55,998 nucleotides of DNA, taken from Candidatus Hydrogenedentota bacterium (lineage in GTDB: Bacteria > Hydrogenedentota > Hydrogenedentia > Hydrogenedentales > SLHB01). Position numbers and translations under genes: made by a program. The notes beneath the pieces are model-generated. The model made no database searches and was not told where the DNA came from. It saw nothing but the letters and a program-made list of their open reading frames with translations. Location of the stretch: assembly GCA_045863315.1 (NCBI GenBank), contig BTUX01000002.1, positions 1 to 55,998 on the forward strand, written 5' to 3'. Positions 54,239 through 55,998 of the stretch are shown here, piece after piece (position 1 is the stretch's first letter; the number at the start of each line of letters is the position of its first letter).

Positions 54239-55813
54239 TCATTTCACGCCGGCGCCTTGGAGCGCCAACTTGCGCAACTCCGTCTTCAGGATTTTTCCGG
54301 TCGGCCCGATGGGCAGGCTGTTCACGATCTCGACCATCCGCGGATACTTGTACCCCGCAAGCTGCGTCTTACCCCACGCGATGATGTCCTCCGGCGTCAA
54401 GGTCGATCCGTCTTGGAGGATAACGTACGCCTTGACCTCCTCGCCGTATTCCTCGTGAGGGACCCCGACCGCCGCGGCGAGGGATATCTCGGGGTGCGAC
54501 ATCAGCACTTCCTCGATCTCGCGCGGGTACACGTTGAACCCGCCGCGAATGATCATGTCCTTGATCCGGTCCACGATGAAGAAGTATCCGTCCTCGTCCT
54601 TGTACCCCACATCGCCGCTGTGAAACCAGCCGCCGCGAAACGCCTCTTCGTTGGCTTCGTCGTGCTTGTAGTAGCCCTTCATGACGTTATGGCCCCGAAT
54701 GACGATCTCGCCGGGTTGGCCCACGGGCATCTCGTTCATGTTCTCGTCCACCACTTTCATTTCGACGCCCCAAATCGGAACGCCGATCGATCCGACCTTC
54801 TGCGGCATGTCGATCCGGGTGAAACTGGCGGACGGCGAAGTCTCGCTCAGCCCGTAGCCCTCGAGGATTTTGATGCCGAACTTCTCCTGAAACCGCGTCA
54901 TGACATCCACCGGCATCGCGGCGCCGCCCGACACGCCCAATCGCAAGCGGCCCCGGATCTTCTCGAGGTCGAACTTGTCGGCCTCGGGATAGTTCAACAA
55001 GTCCCAATACATCGTCGGAACGCCGGCAAAAAGCGAAACGCCCTCGGCCTCGAAGATGCGCCATACCTCGCCCGCCTCGAAGCGAGGCAGCAAGACGACC
55101 GTCGCCCCGCCCAAAGTGACGGAATTGAGCAATGCCGAAAGGCCGAACGAGTGGAACAGCGGGAGGACCGCCAAGGTCACGTCATCGGGTCTCCCATCGA
55201 TCAGATGGCGAGACACCAGGCAGTTCATCAACATATTCGAGTGCGTGAGCTCGGCGCCCTTGGGCCGGCCTGTCGTGCCGGACGTGTAAATGATCACGCA
55301 GGTGTCGTCCGGCCGACATTGGACCGTCTCGAACGTGGTCGGCTGATCGCGCATGAGATCGCCGAGGGTGGGAACGCCGGGGATCGGCGAATCGCCCCCG
55401 GGAATCGTCGGGATGATCCAGAACTTCTCGCAGGTCTTGGTCTGCTTGAATCCCTCGTAAGCCGTCTTGCCGATGGGCAGGTCTTCGCGTCCTTCGAATG
55501 CGATGCAGGCCACGGAGTCCGAATCGGACAGGTGGAACGCGACCTCCCGCTCGCGCAGCAGCACGTTGAGCGGCACGAATACGGCCCCGGTCTTCAGAAT
55601 TCCGAAGTAGACAATGGGGAAATAGGGCAGGTTCGGGCAGGACAAGGCGACCTTGTCTCCCTTCTGGATACCTGCCGCTGTTAATCCATTGGCGACCTGG
55701 TTCGCCATGTCATTGACGGTCCGGTAGTTCAACCGGAAGTGGTTGAACACGACGGCGTCGTGATCCGGTTTTTCGCGCGCGCTGTTCTCGAGAATGACCG
55801 CCAGGTTCATCAT
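54239..55813 (-). CDS. AMP-dependent synthetase/ligase, tandem paralogue
   Basis: Start at MMNLAVILENSAREKPD (ATG 55813 after GGGAGGG), colinear with the neighbour (MMNLATLLEESAKAYPN). The same adenylation motifs are present. Confidence 0.9.
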   Translation of the reverse strand: MMNLAVILENSAREKPDHDAVVFNHFRLNYRTVNDMANQVANGLTAAGIQKGDKVALSCPNLPYFPIVYFGILKTGAVFVPLNVLLREREVAFHLSDSDSVACIAFEGREDLPIGKTAYEGFKQTKTCEKFWIIPTIPGGDSPIPGVPTLGDLMRDQPTTFETVQCRPDDTCVIIYTSGTTGRPKGAELTHSNMLMNCLVSRHLIDGRPDDVTLAVLPLFHSFGLSALLNSVTLGGATVVLLPRFEAGEVWRIFEAEGVSLFAGVPTMYWDLLNYPEADKFDLEKIRGRLRLGVSGGAAMPVDVMTRFQEKFGIKILEGYGLSETSPSASFTRIDMPQKVGSIGVPIWGVEMKVVDENMNEMPVGQPGEIVIRGHNVMKGYYKHDEANEEAFRGGWFHSGDVGYKDEDGYFFIVDRIKDMIIRGGFNVYPREIEEVLMSHPEISLAAAVGVPHEEYGEEVKAYVILQDGSTLTPEDIIAWGKTQLAGYKYPRMVEIVNSLPIGPTGKILKTELRKLALQGAGVK

Positions 55814-55998
55814 GAGACAGGACCCTCCCACTTGATATGCTATGCCTCCACCATGACCCGCGGCCCGAGACCCGCCGCGATATCAACACAACGATCCAGC
55901 CAGACCGTTGATACACACAGCACCGATCATGCGAAGGGGGCGCGCCCGCGAAAAGGAACGCGAACCCGGACACCCGGGGTGTCGCCTCATTCCCCGCC

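Noticed and set aside
53453-55684. Very long ORFs run antisense to confirmed genes. Examples are 53453-55684 (743 aa), 46739-48319, 50767-52464, 13758-15347, 38811-40052, 17927-18955, 19192-20199 and 16156-17082.
   Set aside because: Their composition is Arg/Ala/Gly/Pro-rich and low-complexity with no recognisable domains. Each lies exactly opposite a well-supported gene. This is typical of shadow ORFs in high-GC DNA, where stop codons are rare on the antisense strand.

Overview
High-GC bacterial chromosomal segment. The DUF1559 prepilin-type protein, FG-GAP and BNR exported proteins and paired ECF sigma modules fit a PVC/Planctomycetota-like or related uncultured lineage, but taxonomy cannot be fixed from sequence alone. 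Most of the window is ordinary core and envelope metabolism. It holds an asnB-GT4-GT-GT9 glycan cluster, rex and two ECF sigma/anti-sigma modules. It also holds a Tat-exported PaoABC-like molybdoenzyme with divergent xdhC-mocA, several glycan-active enzymes (BNR sialidase-like, clan GH-A hydrolase, GH29 fucosidase), carA and tRNA-Val(UAC). A housekeeping block (pgeF, hslU, rpiB, tsaC, rdgB, rph, S41 protease) and two tandem acyl-CoA synthetases complete it. I saw no rRNA, CRISPR array, cas genes, transposase, integrase, reverse transcriptase or phage genes. The standout is not a protein system. It is an unannotated family of about 192-nt, highly structured, TIR-bearing intergenic repeats (MITE-like). 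There are 8 full-length copies plus a solo hairpin and partial copies, roughly one per 6 kb. The copies share a three-helix fold that is maintained by compensatory changes between subfamilies. They carry (Y)TAR flanking direct repeats that serve as the stop codons of at least four genes. They also bracket the hxlR-protoglobin pair and a phosphoesterase gene, and sit next to gene relics. I do not recognise the element as any named IS, MITE or Rfam family. Whether it acts as DNA, ssDNA or RNA cannot be decided from this window. Several ORF-track entries are N-terminally over-extended or are GC-rich antisense shadow ORFs, and coordinates below are corrected where the sequence supports it.
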